From: Candidatus Bipolaricaulota bacterium
GTDB lineage: Bacteria > Bipolaricaulota > Bipolaricaulia > UBA7950 > UBA9294
Reading direction: 5' to 3'
Assembly (NCBI GenBank): GCA_040752575.1
Contig: JBFMGK010000003.1
Span: 64,001-128,000 of the forward strand
DNA: 64,000 bases
In this document: positions 63,347 to 64,000 of the stretch, one piece after another
Layout of the letters: every line of letters starts with the position of its first letter
How positions within the stretch are numbered: position 1 is the first letter of the stretch
Position numbers and translations under genes: made by a program
Notes under the pieces: model-generated
What the model saw: only the letters and a program-made list of their open reading frames with translations
Database searches by the model: none
What the model was told of the DNA's origin: nothing

Positions 63347-64000
63347 GAAGACTCCTTTGTCCAGGAGAACGCTTCCGGGTGAAGTCTACGGGGTAGCTCG
63401 CGGCCTTTCCAGCACGCTTCCGCAGCCAGGTAGAGGTCTCCCGAGACGACGCCGTGTCCACCAAGAACCATCGGGATCGAAGCTTCGCGGGCGCGTTCGC
63501 TGAACTCACGCCAGATGGGGTCTTCGACGGCATCGGTGTGGAAGGCGTCGCTTGCGAAGCGATCGGCTGGCGGAGGCTCCGCCGTCCACGCGAGCAGAGG
63601 CCGTGAATCGATCCAGGCGGCATCTGCGGCACGTTCGAGCGCACGGAAGAACGGCCCCATCCCCTCGCGCTCCAGAATCTGGCGGGTCCACGGAACATGC
63701 CCCGACGGAGCGGCACGCGATCCACGGCTCTCGGAGAGCGCGCTCGTACGACAGGCGACCTCTCGCTCGACTGCGGCCCAAGTGGCCGGACTCATCCGGC
63801 CGACAAACGCCGTCAACGCGGAACGATCGGCGAGCCGCGCGAGGGCTGCGTCGAGAGTGGGGTGAGCGAGCGGATGGGTATCGATGAATGCGCGTAAGGC
63901 CGAACCCGCGCGGTCACTACGCGACAAGACCACAAGATCCGTCGGGGTGTCGATGTCGAACTGGGTGGCGGCGTCCCTCGGCATGGCGTAGCACGGCACG
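63343..64000 (-). CDS. Hypothetical protein, 5'-truncated by the window edge; possibly a nucleotidyl/glycosyl-transferase-like (CofC-like) fold
   Basis: FDIDTPTDL motif; PPADRFASD and LGGHGVVSG C-terminal motifs; stop overlaps the glyA start (ATGA). Confidence 0.55.
   Translation of the reverse strand, partial: VPCYAMPRDAATQFDIDTPTDLVVLSRSDRAGSALRAFIDTHPLAHPTLDAALARLADRSALTAFVGRMSPATWAAVEREVACRTSALSESRGSRAAPSGHVPWTRQILEREGMGPFFRALERAADAAWIDSRPLLAWTAEPPPADRFASDAFHTDAVEDPIWREFSERAREASIPMVLGGHGVVSGDLYLAAEACWKGRELPRRLHPEAFSWTKESS

Noticed and set aside
1..64000. CRISPR array, cas genes, rRNA, intact IS/transposase, integron attC array, prophage
   Set aside because: No regularly spaced repeats or diagnostic motifs found by eye; short degenerate elements could have been missed

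Overview
GC-rich bacterial chromosomal segment spanning the probable replication origin. Gene content suggests an anaerobe; my unverified impression is a deep-branching lineage such as Ca. Bipolaricaulota. In order: a 5'-truncated acyl-CoA ligase, rarA, six tRNAs, dnaA flanked on both sides by DnaA-box clusters and followed by hslVU-thrS rather than dnaN, metK, and a LarA-family racemase with a ferritin-like gene. Next come a secreted DOMON protein paired with a 77-aa di-His membrane protein, and a 13-gene PerR-led oxidative-stress operon that includes mutM and a 2-oxoacid:ferredoxin oxidoreductase. These are followed by a degraded spacer with a Fic remnant, birA-oadGAB, pit-DUF47, alpha2-type glycyl-tRNA synthetase, LVIVD and S41 accessory genes, tex, a stand-alone fusA, an SDR plus serine-palmitoyltransferase-like operon, ychF, corA, a LysW-like gene, two peptidases, a PPP phosphatase, a structured non-coding leader and a SHMT-GcvT fusion. 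No CRISPR array, rRNA, intact transposase or integrase was seen. Best candidates for undescribed systems: the split DOMON/half-cytochrome b module, the SDR-SPT (sphingolipid-like) operon, the OFOR-containing PerR operon with an odd MPPELPEV MutM, and the structured RNA at about 59170-59340. All calls come from reading motifs by eye; no searches were run.
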